A program made the position numbers and the translations under genes. Positions 37,847 to 47,881 of a DNA stretch of 64,000 nt are shown in pieces. The stretch is taken from assembly GCA_002737665.1 (NCBI GenBank), contig NSIF01000003.1:8334-72333 (forward strand), read 5' to 3'. A model generated the notes under the pieces. It worked only from the letters and a program-made list of their open reading frames with translations, had not been told where the DNA came from and ran no database searches. The number at the start of each line of letters is the position of its first letter. Within the stretch, counting starts at the first letter, position 1. This stretch comes from Flavobacteriales bacterium. GTDB taxonomy: Bacteria; Bacteroidota; Bacteroidia; Palsa-965.

Positions 37847-37871
37847 ATATACATATAAGTCTTATGTATAT
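37847..37871. promoter_or_regulatory. perfect 9-bp inverted repeat, candidate PadR operator
   Basis: ATATACATA-taagtct-TATGTATAT. It contains ACAT/ATGT half-sites and sits between the padR -7 box and the adhesin -7 box. Confidence 0.4.
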
Positions 37872-37935
37872 TTTTAAAACGCATGCATTTATTGGAATAT
37901 TGTGTGGGAGCGGTTTTTTATATGTATTCAGAGAT

Positions 37936-37943
37936 TATATTTG
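37936..37943 (+). promoter_or_regulatory. -7 box TATATTTG upstream of the giant adhesin gene
   Basis: Exact TAnnTTTG match, 17 nt upstream of ATG 37961. Confidence 0.45.
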
Positions 37944-37960
37944 TATTAAATATAAATTTT

Positions 37961-40900
37961 ATGATAAAATTTAATGCTACTTTCCTTTACCTATTCTTTT
38001 CTTCAACTATAGCGCTAGCTCAATTACCAGTGATACGCAGCACGTTTACTGGGCCTTATACTCCTATTAATATGCCAGCAGCAACCTTATCTACTGCATC
38101 GGGTGATGATGATGTGCAAAGTGCAATTCCATTAGGATTTACATTTAATTATTTAGGAATAAATTATACAACTATTGGCGTAAGTACAAATGGCGTTGCT
38201 TCTTTTAGCGCTGCAATGTCTACCTCAGGAACGAATAATAATTTATATGTTGGAGCAGCACCAAATTTAAGTCTCGCTCCTTGGTGGGATAATATTTGGT
38301 CTGATACTATATTATACCAATTGCAGGGCCCACCTGCCAATCGGACTTTTACTATTCAGTGGACGAATTCACTTTCTTATAATAATACAGCAACACAGCT
38401 GTTGAATTTTCAGATTATTTTGCACGAAACATCTGATGTAATTGAGTTTAGTTATGGTAATATGGTACCAGGAATCGCAGCAGCAAATGAGTCTGCTTCT
38501 ATTGGCATTGAAAGCTTAGTTGGTGGTGCCGGTGATTATCTTGATGCTATTACAGGGTCTCCATTTACGAGTAACGGAATGCTAAATTCGTCAACGCAAT
38601 GGCCTTCGCATAATTTCAGATTTACGCCAGGCACTGCTGCTGCTCTTGTAGGTGGAACTTATACAGTTGGCCTGACAGGAAACTATTATAGTTTGAGTGA
38701 AGCAATTGCTGACATTAACCATAGCGGAATTGCTGGGCCGATAATTCTTTCGCTCATAGATAATAATTATGATGTTTCTGCTGCAAATGGCGATAATTAT
38801 TTTCCAATGTTAATTGGACCAGTAAATGGCTCGTCTTCCTTTAATACAATTACCATTTCCTCTTTTGTAGGTACATCAATAATTACTTCTGAGGGAACCA
38901 ACAATGGTAATTGTGGAAATGCTGCTGCAAATAATATCATTAGTAATATAAATGAACCTATCCTTGCACTTGTAGGAGCTAGTTATATTAATTTACAAAA
39001 TATTGAATTAAATTGTTCTAATACCGGTATTGTCGATCGAGGTTTATTTGTAATTAATTCATCTGCAATTGTGGGTTCTCAAAATAATTTATTCACCGGT
39101 ATTACTGTTGCGCTCAATAGAGGGAATGCAACGAGTATGGGTATTGAACAACGTGCAATAACAACTCCAACAGCTATTGGTGGAGCAAATTCAACTAATG
39201 GATATTTCAATCTCGATATTTCCAATGTATACAATGGTATGTATCTCAACGGAAATGCTGCGTTTCCAGATTTGAATAGTGTCATAGGTAATACTTCAGC
39301 GACTCAATTTAATATGATTGGAGCGGCAACTATAGATGATATTGGAAATGGCAATACAACCACTTATGGTATTCGTGCCAATAATCAAAATGGTGTTTCA
39401 ATTTATAATAATGAAGTTCGAAATGTTTCACAAAATGGTAATTCAACAGCAGAGGGAATTATTTTAGATGCTGCTGTTGGTTCCAATAATGTATATACGA
39501 ATAAAGTTCATGCAATAAATTATAGAGGTTTAACGAATACGGGTAACATTACTGGCATTCGTGCTAATTTGGCTGCGGTAGGTGCAAATTCTGTAAATAT
39601 TTTCAATAATTTTATTTATGATATTGGTTCTTCCTACACTGGAGCAGCTTCAGCAATGCGTGCAACTAAGGGGATTTATGTTCAATCTATTGGTGGTGGC
39701 ACGAATGCAAGTACTATTAATGTAGATTTTAATTCGGTGAGAATGGATAATTCTAATTCCCTAACTCTTTCAGGAACATGTTTTGAAATTGGTGCAACGA
39801 ATGGTCCCGTACTTAATTTACGCAATAATATATTTTCCAATTTCACGCAAGCGCAAACTGGAATCGCGAGACACTTTGCAATGGCAAGCACATCGGCCAC
39901 TGCAGTAGGGAATACAGGGTCAATATCTGATTACAATAATTTTTATATTGATAATACTACAAATGGTTTTGTAGGTATCGGTGCTACAACCACATTCGCA
40001 TCACTTCCTAATTGGCAAACCGCTGTATCACAAGATTTCAATTCTTTAGGTGTTGATCCGTCATTCAATTCTTCTAACGACTTGCATTCCTCTGCCCTTG
40101 CATTAAACGGTACAGGTAACATGACTGGAATTACGTGGGTAACAAATGATATTGATAACCAACAGCGTTCTATTACACCAGATATTGGCGCCGATGAATT
40201 TGTACCATTGTTACTTGATGCAGGTGTAACTACTTTAGTTGCGCCATTAACTACTGGTTGTTATACAGCTTTAGAACAAGTTACGGTTACTTTGAAAAAT
40301 TTCGCAACTGTCCCACTTGATTTTACAATCGATCCTGTAACCATTGTTGTAAATGTGACCGGATCATTAACGCAAACACTTTCATTTACAATCAATACGA
40401 ATATTCTGAATGCCAATTTACCGCTATCATCAGATAGTTCCATTGTTGTACCTATAGGATTAATTAGCATGACAGTTAGCGGAATTTATACTTTCGATGC
40501 ATATAGTATTTTAGGTGGAGATGGAAATTCATTTAATAATTCAATGTCTACTGTGAATATTAATTTTTCACCTGGAACTGCGACAGCTTCACCAGTTTCT
40601 GTTTGTGCAGGAGCTTCTACTACGCTAACTTTAACTGGAGCGGGGAATGGTGGAACTATTCAATGGCAAAGTAGTACAGATGGTGGTATTACCTGGAACA
40701 ATGAAACTGGTATTGGCTCTACTACTACTTCCTATGTTGTAATTCCAACTGCTAATACATTGTATCAGGTATTATTTTGTGGTGTATTAATTTCCAATGT
40801 GGATACTGTAAATTATTATCAATTGTCGGTCCCAGCAGTAATTGGTGATACGATTTGTGGCTCTGGTGTAGCAAATTTAAATGCAACCGGCAACGGAATC

Positions 40901-43099
40901 ATTCAGTGGTATGCCTTACCTACAGGAGGTAATACGCTTGCAACAGGAGGCGTTTATTCACCTTCAATTTCTGCTACTACAACTTTTTATGTTACCAATA
41001 CTTCAGGAAATATAGTTCAAAGTGTTGGCTTATATGACAACTCTGCAGGTGGAGGAATGTCGGGATCTGCAAATAGTTTAATCTTTGATGTGTTTCAGTA
41101 TGCTACACTTAATGGTGTATATGTATATCCAGCTGCTGCTGGAAATATTGTGATTGACCTCATTGATAGTTCGAATGTTGTACTAAATACTGTTACAGTG
41201 GCAGTAGTATTAGCTGATGTTAACCAGCGTACATTTATTCCACTTAACTTTAGTTTGTCACCTGCAGTTGGAATGCGTCTTGTTCGTAATGCCACTTCAG
41301 TTAATCTTTGGAGAAACAACGTTGGAGTAAATTATCCTTATTCACTACCTGGTGTACTTTCAATCACAGCGAGCACTGCAGGAAATGGATTTTATTATTT
41401 CTTTTACGATTGGCAGATTAATTATGGTTGCGAAAGTCTACGTGTTCCCGTAAATGCTGTTGTATTAGCAGCACCTGCAATTTCAATTACTGCAGCATCT
41501 GTTTTTTTATGTGCAGGCGACAGTACAACAATAACTGTTACGAGTACAAATTCTGGGTATTCTTATTTATGGTCTCCAGCAGGAACTCTGAATACAAATT
41601 CTGGCTCATCTGTTATCGCAACACCGAATGCAGCAATTGTCTATACTGTAATTGGAAATGATTCTATTAATGGATGTCAGATTACAGATAGTATTTTGAT
41701 TTCAGTAACCAGTATACCACCAATTATTATTTCAGTAGCCGATTCCGTTATTTGCAATGGCAGTTCTGATACTTTAATTTTTAATTATCCAACGCAAAGT
41801 GTGGGACTGTATGATAATTCTGCAGGTGGTGCTCAGTCTGGTTCTGGTAATAATTTAATTTTTGATGTGTTGGGTAATTGTACTTTGGCTGGAGTTTATA
41901 TTTATCCAGGAGCCGCAGGAAATGTAATTATTGAATTGCAGGATAATACAAATGCTGTTATTAATTCAGCCACTTTTAATGCCACAACGGCGCAGATAAA
42001 CCAGCGTGTTTATGTTCCACTTAATTTTTCACTTACTCCAGGTACTGGAATGCAACTCGTTCGTAACGGAACATCTATAAATCTTTGGAGAAATAATGTC
42101 GGTGTAAATTATCCTTACACCTTACCTGGTTTAATTTCAATTACAACAAGTACTGCTGGAAATGGTTTTTATTATTTCTTTTATGATTGGCAAATAATGA
42201 CTTCAAACGCATTAACTTATGTTTGGTCATCTATTCCTACTGGTTATACTAGCACAAATGATACTGCAATTGTAACTCCAAGTATTAGTACTCAATATAT
42301 TTTAACTGTAACTGATTCCATTTCAGGTTGTACTGCTCAATTTAATAGGAACATTGATATTGCTACGCCAATTGTTGCAATTATTGGAGGGAATCAATCA
42401 ATTTGTTTAGGCGACACTGCAACGCTAATTGCTGGATTCAGTGGTGGTGATGGAAATACATATTACGTTTGGAGTAATAATCTTGGAACAAATGATTCTG
42501 TCAACGTGTTTCCATCAGTAAATACAAATTATTCTTTAATTGCAATTGATGGATGTGGATCACTTTCAAATGATACGGCTACAGTGATTGTAAATACAGT
42601 TCCACCAGTTGTTGGTTTTACATATTCTGTTACTGGCTTATTGACTTTTACTTTTTCAGACGCTTCAGTAAATGCCACATCATGGTTTTGGGATTTTGGA
42701 GATTTGACAACTTCGACATTGCAAAATCCAACACATGTTTATGCCGCGATAGGTACTTATACTGTTTTATTGATTGCGTCAAATGGTTGTGGGTCTGATA
42801 CACTCATACAAGTAATACTTGTGGATGGTATTGAAAATAATTTCCTTACTTCTGGTGTAAGTATTTTCCCTAATCCTGCGAAAAATCAATTTAATGTGTC
42901 ATTTAATAATGACAAATCTTCATTTGTAACGATTCAATTTTTCAATCTTCAGGGAAAGTTGATTCAGGAAAAACAAATCAGTAATGTTAAAGCCGGTACA
43001 ACTGTTCCAATGAATGTCGAAGGATATCCAAATGGTATGTATTTGCTGAAACTTATTGGTGAAAACGAGTCTGCTTTTTTTAAAATTATAGTTCAGTAA
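37961..43099 (+). CDS. giant T9SS-secreted adhesin-like protein (beta-helix repeats, Ig-like domains, duplicated 134-aa module, PKD domain, CTD)
   Basis: The ORF track starts at 37883. ATG 37961 gives the signal peptide MIKFNATFLYLFFSSTIALAQ. Parallel-beta-helix-like N/G-rich repeats (NNEVRNVSQNGN..., NIFNNFIYDIG...). Ig-like domains with C..G.S..L...IQWQSSTDGGITW. PKD domain WFWDFGDLTTSTLQNPTHVYAAIGTYTVLLIASNGCG. T9SS CTD at the end. Confidence 0.9.
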   Translation: MIKFNATFLYLFFSSTIALAQLPVIRSTFTGPYTPINMPAATLSTASGDDDVQSAIPLGFTFNYLGINYTTIGVSTNGVASFSAAMSTSGTNNNLYVGAAPNLSLAPWWDNIWSDTILYQLQGPPANRTFTIQWTNSLSYNNTATQLLNFQIILHETSDVIEFSYGNMVPGIAAANESASIGIESLVGGAGDYLDAITGSPFTSNGMLNSSTQWPSHNFRFTPGTAAALVGGTYTVGLTGNYYSLSEAIADINHSGIAGPIILSLIDNNYDVSAANGDNYFPMLIGPVNGSSSFNTITISSFVGTSIITSEGTNNGNCGNAAANNIISNINEPILALVGASYINLQNIELNCSNTGIVDRGLFVINSSAIVGSQNNLFTGITVALNRGNATSMGIEQRAITTPTAIGGANSTNGYFNLDISNVYNGMYLNGNAAFPDLNSVIGNTSATQFNMIGAATIDDIGNGNTTTYGIRANNQNGVSIYNNEVRNVSQNGNSTAEGIILDAAVGSNNVYTNKVHAINYRGLTNTGNITGIRANLAAVGANSVNIFNNFIYDIGSSYTGAASAMRATKGIYVQSIGGGTNASTINVDFNSVRMDNSNSLTLSGTCFEIGATNGPVLNLRNNIFSNFTQAQTGIARHFAMASTSATAVGNTGSISDYNNFYIDNTTNGFVGIGATTTFASLPNWQTAVSQDFNSLGVDPSFNSSNDLHSSALALNGTGNMTGITWVTNDIDNQQRSITPDIGADEFVPLLLDAGVTTLVAPLTTGCYTALEQVTVTLKNFATVPLDFTIDPVTIVVNVTGSLTQTLSFTINTNILNANLPLSSDSSIVVPIGLISMTVSGIYTFDAYSILGGDGNSFNNSMSTVNINFSPGTATASPVSVCAGASTTLTLTGAGNGGTIQWQSSTDGGITWNNETGIGSTTTSYVVIPTANTLYQVLFCGVLISNVDTVNYYQLSVPAVIGDTICGSGVANLNATGNGIIQWYALPTGGNTLATGGVYSPSISATTTFYVTNTSGNIVQSVGLYDNSAGGGMSGSANSLIFDVFQYATLNGVYVYPAAAGNIVIDLIDSSNVVLNTVTVAVVLADVNQRTFIPLNFSLSPAVGMRLVRNATSVNLWRNNVGVNYPYSLPGVLSITASTAGNGFYYFFYDWQINYGCESLRVPVNAVVLAAPAISITAASVFLCAGDSTTITVTSTNSGYSYLWSPAGTLNTNSGSSVIATPNAAIVYTVIGNDSINGCQITDSILISVTSIPPIIISVADSVICNGSSDTLIFNYPTQSVGLYDNSAGGAQSGSGNNLIFDVLGNCTLAGVYIYPGAAGNVIIELQDNTNAVINSATFNATTAQINQRVYVPLNFSLTPGTGMQLVRNGTSINLWRNNVGVNYPYTLPGLISITTSTAGNGFYYFFYDWQIMTSNALTYVWSSIPTGYTSTNDTAIVTPSISTQYILTVTDSISGCTAQFNRNIDIATPIVAIIGGNQSICLGDTATLIAGFSGGDGNTYYVWSNNLGTNDSVNVFPSVNTNYSLIAIDGCGSLSNDTATVIVNTVPPVVGFTYSVTGLLTFTFSDASVNATSWFWDFGDLTTSTLQNPTHVYAAIGTYTVLLIASNGCGSDTLIQVILVDGIENNFLTSGVSIFPNPAKNQFNVSFNNDKSSFVTIQFFNLQGKLIQEKQISNVKAGTTVPMNVEGYPNGMYLLKLIGENESAFFKIIVQ
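41018..41419 (+). repeat. 134-aa module copy 1 inside the adhesin
   Basis: QSVGLYDNSAGGGMSGSANSLIFDV...NLWRNNVGVNYPYSLPGVLSITASTAGNGFYYFFYDWQI. Confidence 0.85.
41795..42196 (+). repeat. 134-aa module copy 2 inside the adhesin
   Basis: QSVGLYDNSAGGAQSGSGNNLIFDV...NLWRNNVGVNYPYTLPGLISITTSTAGNGFYYFFYDWQI. Same length as copy 1 with no gaps. 93 of 134 residues are identical by hand alignment. Confidence 0.85.
42860..43096 (+). other. T9SS C-terminal sorting domain
   Basis: SIFPNPAKNQFNVSF...VTIQFFNLQGKLIQEKQI...PNGMYLLKLIGENESAFFKIIVQ. Confidence 0.85.
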
Positions 43100-43128
43100 A
43101 CTAAATTTATTTTTTGGAGTTTGATTAA

Positions 43129-43821
43129 ATGACGCACGAGGAAAAGCATTTTAAAGGATCAGTTGTCATTCGTGATATTGTAATTGGTATGGCTGATGGC
43201 TTGACGGTTCCTTTTGCATTGACTGCAGGTTTGAGTGGTGCTTTTCATGACAATACAATTATAATAACGGCAGGAATTGCTGAAATTGCTGCTGGATCGA
43301 TAGCAATGGGCTTAGGTGGGTATCTTGCAGGGAGAACCGAGCACGATCATTACCAGGCGGAATTAAAAAGAGAGTACGATGAAGTGGAAAATTTGCCCGA
43401 GAAAGAAAAGGCAGAGATTGAGGAAATTCTTGCTGATTATGGGATTTCAAATAGAGTAAAAAAAGAATTTGTTGACGAACTTTCACTCGATAAAGATAAA
43501 TGGGTGGAATTCATGATGAAATTTGAGTTAGGTTTAGAAAGACCTGAATTAAATCGAGCAAGAAATTCAGCATTGACAATAGCTGCTTCCTATATTGCTG
43601 GTGGTTTTATTCCAATGGCTTCTTATTTCTTTACAACTTCACCTACAACAGGATTGTATTATTCAGCACTTGTAACGATTGTTGCACTCGCTTTGTTTGG
43701 TTTTTTTAAGAACAAAGCAATAGGACAAAATCCATGGAATGGTGCATTAAAGGTTACAATCATAGGAGTTATTGCTGCAGGCTCAGCTTTTATTATCGCT
43801 AAAATTATTTCCGGCCACTAG
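43129..43821 (+). CDS. VIT1/CCC1-family iron/manganese transporter
   Basis: 230 aa. VIRDIVIGMADGLTVPFALTAGLSGA, an acidic cytoplasmic loop (EVENLPEKEKAEIEE), and C-terminal TM helices. Confidence 0.85.
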   Translation: MTHEEKHFKGSVVIRDIVIGMADGLTVPFALTAGLSGAFHDNTIIITAGIAEIAAGSIAMGLGGYLAGRTEHDHYQAELKREYDEVENLPEKEKAEIEEILADYGISNRVKKEFVDELSLDKDKWVEFMMKFELGLERPELNRARNSALTIAASYIAGGFIPMASYFFTTSPTTGLYYSALVTIVALALFGFFKNKAIGQNPWNGALKVTIIGVIAAGSAFIIAKIISGH

Positions 43822-43852
43822 TAGAATGATAATAGGTTAGTTCATTATTAAA

Positions 43853-44335
43853 ATGAAATCGGCTACCGTTCATGAATTAAAAAAGGAATTAACAGCTCTT
43901 GATCCGAAAGAGCTGGCTGAACTTTGTTTGCGTTTGGCCAAATTCAAAAAAGAGAATAAGGAATTATTGACATTTTTGATTTATGAAGCCCATGACTTAT
44001 CATCGTTTATTTTGGAATTGAAAAAAGAAATAGAAGCTCAGTTTGCTGAAATGAATAGAGCTAATTTATACCTCACAAAAAAAAGTTTAAGAAAGATACT
44101 TCGTATTACTAATAAATATATCCGTTACATAGGGAATAAAGAATCGGCAGCAGAATTATTAATATATTTTATTGCAAATATTAAAAAATCTAATATCCCA
44201 ATTTATGCTAGTGTTGTATTGAGTAATTTGTACAGCAATCAACTTAAAAAAATTAATCTTATTATTGATTCTCTTGAGGAGGATTTGCAATATGATTATA
44301 GAAAGGAATTGGAATCATGCGTAATACTTAAATAA
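43853..44335 (+). CDS. hypothetical protein
   Basis: 160 aa, helical and soluble. No motif recognised. Confidence 0.5.
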   Translation: MKSATVHELKKELTALDPKELAELCLRLAKFKKENKELLTFLIYEAHDLSSFILELKKEIEAQFAEMNRANLYLTKKSLRKILRITNKYIRYIGNKESAAELLIYFIANIKKSNIPIYASVVLSNLYSNQLKKINLIIDSLEEDLQYDYRKELESCVILK

Positions 44336-44355
44336 GGCGAATAATATAAAATTAT

Positions 44356-45489
44356 TTAATTAATTTTATTAGCACGATTGCTTTTACAAGGGAATGTATA
44401 TCCTACATTCATTTCGAAAAAATCGGCAACAGCCCATTCCGTTTTTAATGTAAATCCTACAATAAAATGCTTGCTAATTTGATAGCGTAGTCCAATTCTG
44501 TGAAAAAAATATTCATTCTGCGGCTTGGAATATAGAAATACCCCCATTTCAAGTGGAAAGGATAATTGCCCAACGCAAAAGGCATAACCTATTTTAAAAC
44601 CGGCTTGTATATTTTGTAAGTCTTTGTAATTTTCAATTGACGGGTCCGCTTTTGTTTTGCTGAGGCGTGCGGTGCTGTATGCAAACTCTAAACCGGTGTT
44701 CCATTTCGTTTTGCTCCCCTTATTTCTTTCTAGGTTGATGGAAATAATTCCAGCAGGAAATTTTGTTTGATCTGTTCGCGAAATAGAACGTAAACCCAAT
44801 GCAGTATATATGACAATATGAATTTTTTGGCTGGGCAGGGAAAATGTATCGAGATGTAATTTAGCAGCACTTGCATTAAATTGGTAGCCCATTCCTAAAT
44901 TACATGAAAAAATATTTATACCTAGGTTAGGTAGTGCCATCGCACCATTGGAGAAATGTGATATGCCCAGGCCTGTTTCAATTCTTAGGTTCTTTGTTAA
45001 ATGAATTTTAGCATTCATTCTTAAATTCACAAATCCATTTAGGTAAGACCCTATTGCTAAATTTTCCGGATTATTTATTGGGTCAAATTTTTTGGTAACG
45101 ACTCCAAGAGAAGTGGCAATTTTGAAATGTAGCGAAATTTTTTTATGACGTGTTAGGTTAAAATCAATGAATGGGTAAATAGCCATTCCTTTACCCAGTT
45201 GTTCGTTATTTGCAAAATCTAAATAGATGAAACTGACTCCTATTTCAGGATAATGGAAAATGCGCTCCCATCTTTTTATTCCATTTGTAGGGTGAATGTA
45301 ATTTACCTCTATCCCAGTAGGATTTCCTTTGTCTAGCGAACGATTGCTTTTTGGGATTAATAAAGAACCTAAATATGCATTGGATGAACTAATAAAATTA
45401 GGACTTGTTGATTGTGAAAAACAATTGTATGATAATAGTATAACGCAAATTGAAATTAAAATTAATTTAATTCTTAAAATTGATTTCAT
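44356..45489 (-). CDS. acyloxyacyl hydrolase / PagL-like outer-membrane lipid A deacylase family protein
   Basis: 377 aa. Signal peptide ...SYNCFSQ. Beta-barrel pattern. GLGISHFSNGAM, the HxSNG block typical of this family by recall. Confidence 0.5.
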   Translation of the reverse strand: MKSILRIKLILISICVILLSYNCFSQSTSPNFISSSNAYLGSLLIPKSNRSLDKGNPTGIEVNYIHPTNGIKRWERIFHYPEIGVSFIYLDFANNEQLGKGMAIYPFIDFNLTRHKKISLHFKIATSLGVVTKKFDPINNPENLAIGSYLNGFVNLRMNAKIHLTKNLRIETGLGISHFSNGAMALPNLGINIFSCNLGMGYQFNASAAKLHLDTFSLPSQKIHIVIYTALGLRSISRTDQTKFPAGIISINLERNKGSKTKWNTGLEFAYSTARLSKTKADPSIENYKDLQNIQAGFKIGYAFCVGQLSFPLEMGVFLYSKPQNEYFFHRIGLRYQISKHFIVGFTLKTEWAVADFFEMNVGYTFPCKSNRANKIN

Positions 45490-45514
45490 TTTGATAAATA
45501 CTTGATTTTATTAA

Positions 45515-46417
45515 TTAAAAAATTGCAGGATTGAGAAATATATTATAATAGATTTTTGATTTTCTAATTTCTTGCCCATTTTCATAAAGATATTGGTTTT
45601 GATTTTTATCGAGCATCGGAATAGTTGAATTTTTAGATTTAAATACATTATGTATAACCTTGTTTTGCATAGCATTTCTAATTTGTTCTGCATCCAACCC
45701 CAAATTTCCTTGAATATATTGTTGGTATGGAAGTATGTATTTCATTTGCATACTCAATAGGCCGTTTGAACAATTGGCGTAAACTGAGTTGGTTGTATCA
45801 ACATAGCCATTAGGGAACTTATTGCTTGGATGATTGCGAACAACGTTGCCCATTTTTCCTGTCCAAAGGGTTGAATTTAATGCAAATTGAAATTCCTTGT
45901 ATTGATATTGTAGTAAAAATGCGCCTGTTCTAAATCTATCGAAGTTAGGCCTTGCAAACAGGTCGTTTTCAATAATTAAACTTACATTTTGGAATTGGAA
46001 TGCTATTATTCCTGTTTGCTGTGTTGTTTGTATGTTATTTAAATAATAGCTGTACACATAGGAAAAGCTATTGCTATAACGTGTTTGATTACTTGTTTTT
46101 GAAATAAATAAATTCGTAGGCGTATCTGATTTCCCAAATCCAACTAGTAGACCTAGCGAGGTTACAAGTTCAAAATGTTTTTTTTTCGGACCTAGATTTT
46201 TAAAATTATAATTTGTCCGCAATTCAGTGTTGATTTGAAACGAATTATTAAAATAGTAAGCGTTGGCACACAAACCAATTTGGTCGAATCGGTTTCCCAA
46301 ACTAAGTACAATTCCAAATCTTACAGCTATATTATTTTCTTTAAGCAGTTGCGCATTTCCTTCTTTGGCTAGTAATACGAGATAAAAAGGTATAATTAAT
46401 ATCGTTTTATTGCTCAT
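45515..46417 (-). CDS. hypothetical secreted/outer-membrane protein
   Basis: 300 aa. Signal peptide ...LAKEGNAQ. Aromatic-rich beta pattern. No family assigned. Confidence 0.5.
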   Translation of the reverse strand: MSNKTILIIPFYLVLLAKEGNAQLLKENNIAVRFGIVLSLGNRFDQIGLCANAYYFNNSFQINTELRTNYNFKNLGPKKKHFELVTSLGLLVGFGKSDTPTNLFISKTSNQTRYSNSFSYVYSYYLNNIQTTQQTGIIAFQFQNVSLIIENDLFARPNFDRFRTGAFLLQYQYKEFQFALNSTLWTGKMGNVVRNHPSNKFPNGYVDTTNSVYANCSNGLLSMQMKYILPYQQYIQGNLGLDAEQIRNAMQNKVIHNVFKSKNSTIPMLDKNQNQYLYENGQEIRKSKIYYNIFLNPAIF

Positions 46418-46478
46418 TTCAATAGTCCAAATATAGAATGCTGTATTTTAAATATTTTATTTGACAGGATTGCAAGAT

Positions 46479-47843
46479 TTATTTTGGAAGTTCAATGCCC
46501 TTCAATTTTCTAAATAAAGTTAAAGCATAGGAGTCGGTCATGCCTGCAACAAATTCACAAACTCTTAAAATTCTAGAATATAAATCACTTTTTTCATATT
46601 GTAAAAACTGAGCAGGTAACAAACTGATTATCTTTTCGGAGTAAGGGCGTTTTTTGCGTAAATCTTTTCCGTGAATGTGAAAATCATTTACTGCTGTGAT
46701 AAATAAGTCGAGTAATTCTGCTACTATGGTAAAACCGGCAGCTTCAATTTCTAAAACCTGTTTGCTCTGGTATATATTTTTTCGAGATATAGTATGAAGT
46801 TCGTTTAGGGGCTCTCCAATTTCTTTTGCAAGTATATCAATGAGCGATTGGTCAAATTTTCCATTACAAATATCTTCTTCTTTTTCAAGAAACAATTTTG
46901 TACAGGCGTTGATTAATGTGTTGATGGCTTTTGCGCGTAGGTAGGATATTTTTTCTCTATTATCTGTTACCAAGTTATAGCGTGTGACATCAAAATCTTT
47001 TCCAACTACTGCTTTTAATAATTCTTCGCCTGTTCTGAAGTCAATCAGACCAATTCGAATGCCATCTTCAAAATCGATGATGCGGTAACAGATATCATCG
47101 GCAGCTTCTACCAAATAGGCGAGGGGATGACGATTGAAAGAATAATCTGTTAAACGATCGATTTCTAAATGAGTAAAAAGTTGCTTAAAAATTTCTGCTT
47201 CCGACTGAAAGTATCCGTATTTTTTTTGAGATACCTTTCCTTTATGGATTGCAGCATGTTCTGCAAGCTTATTGGAACGAGTTGGGTATTTTGTAAAAGC
47301 GGCAAGTGTTGTATACGTCAAATTAATATTTCCGCCCGATGCTTCATTGAAATTGGTTAGAATTTTAAATCCATTCGCATTTCCTTCAAAGTTGGTAAGG
47401 TCAGCCCATTTATTTTCATCTGCAATGGAGTCACGAAATTGCATTCCCTTTCCATTTGAAAAATAATCACTTATGGAGGATTCTCCCGAGTGACCAAATG
47501 GTGGATTTCCAATATCGTGAGCTAAGGCCGCTGTTGCGCAAACAGCACCGAAATCAGATGCGTGTAAATCTGAAAGATTATATTTTGAAATAATTTCTTT
47601 TCCTACAATTTTCCCAAGTGAACGTGCCACACAAGAAACTTCTAATGAATGTGTCAATCGTGAATGTACAAAATCACTTTCAGGTAAAGGAATTACCTGT
47701 GTTTTATCCTGTAATCGACGAAAAGCAGAAGAAAATACAACACGATCAAAATCTCTTTCAAAATTTGTTCTGTCAGGGGTGGAAACGCGTACAGGGTTTA
47801 AGTCCCCGATGCGTGCTTCAGAAAAAAGTGTATTCCAGTTCAA
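46479..47843 (-). CDS. dgt: dGTP triphosphohydrolase-like HD-domain protein
   Basis: 454 aa. RTNFERDFDRVVFSSAFRRLQDKTQV, SRLTHSLEV, and AALAHDIGNPPFGHSGE. Confidence 0.9.
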   Translation of the reverse strand: MNWNTLFSEARIGDLNPVRVSTPDRTNFERDFDRVVFSSAFRRLQDKTQVIPLPESDFVHSRLTHSLEVSCVARSLGKIVGKEIISKYNLSDLHASDFGAVCATAALAHDIGNPPFGHSGESSISDYFSNGKGMQFRDSIADENKWADLTNFEGNANGFKILTNFNEASGGNINLTYTTLAAFTKYPTRSNKLAEHAAIHKGKVSQKKYGYFQSEAEIFKQLFTHLEIDRLTDYSFNRHPLAYLVEAADDICYRIIDFEDGIRIGLIDFRTGEELLKAVVGKDFDVTRYNLVTDNREKISYLRAKAINTLINACTKLFLEKEEDICNGKFDQSLIDILAKEIGEPLNELHTISRKNIYQSKQVLEIEAAGFTIVAELLDLFITAVNDFHIHGKDLRKKRPYSEKIISLLPAQFLQYEKSDLYSRILRVCEFVAGMTDSYALTLFRKLKGIELPK

Positions 47844-47881
47844 TTTTTGCTAATGTTATTGAGATTTATTTTGAATGCTAC

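Noticed and set aside
41018-42196. The two adhesin repeats as a diversity-generating retroelement (template/variable repeat pair).
   Set aside because: No reverse transcriptase or accessory gene is anywhere in the window. Both copies are in-frame coding parts of the same protein. The differences involve all four bases rather than being confined to adenine positions of one copy.
45515-46417. The 300-aa secreted protein (IIENDLFARPNFDRFRTGAF...) as a polymorphic-toxin domain protein.
   Set aside because: I only have a vague recollection of a similar annotation. There is no immunity-like small gene downstream and no recognisable toxin motif, so it is left as hypothetical.
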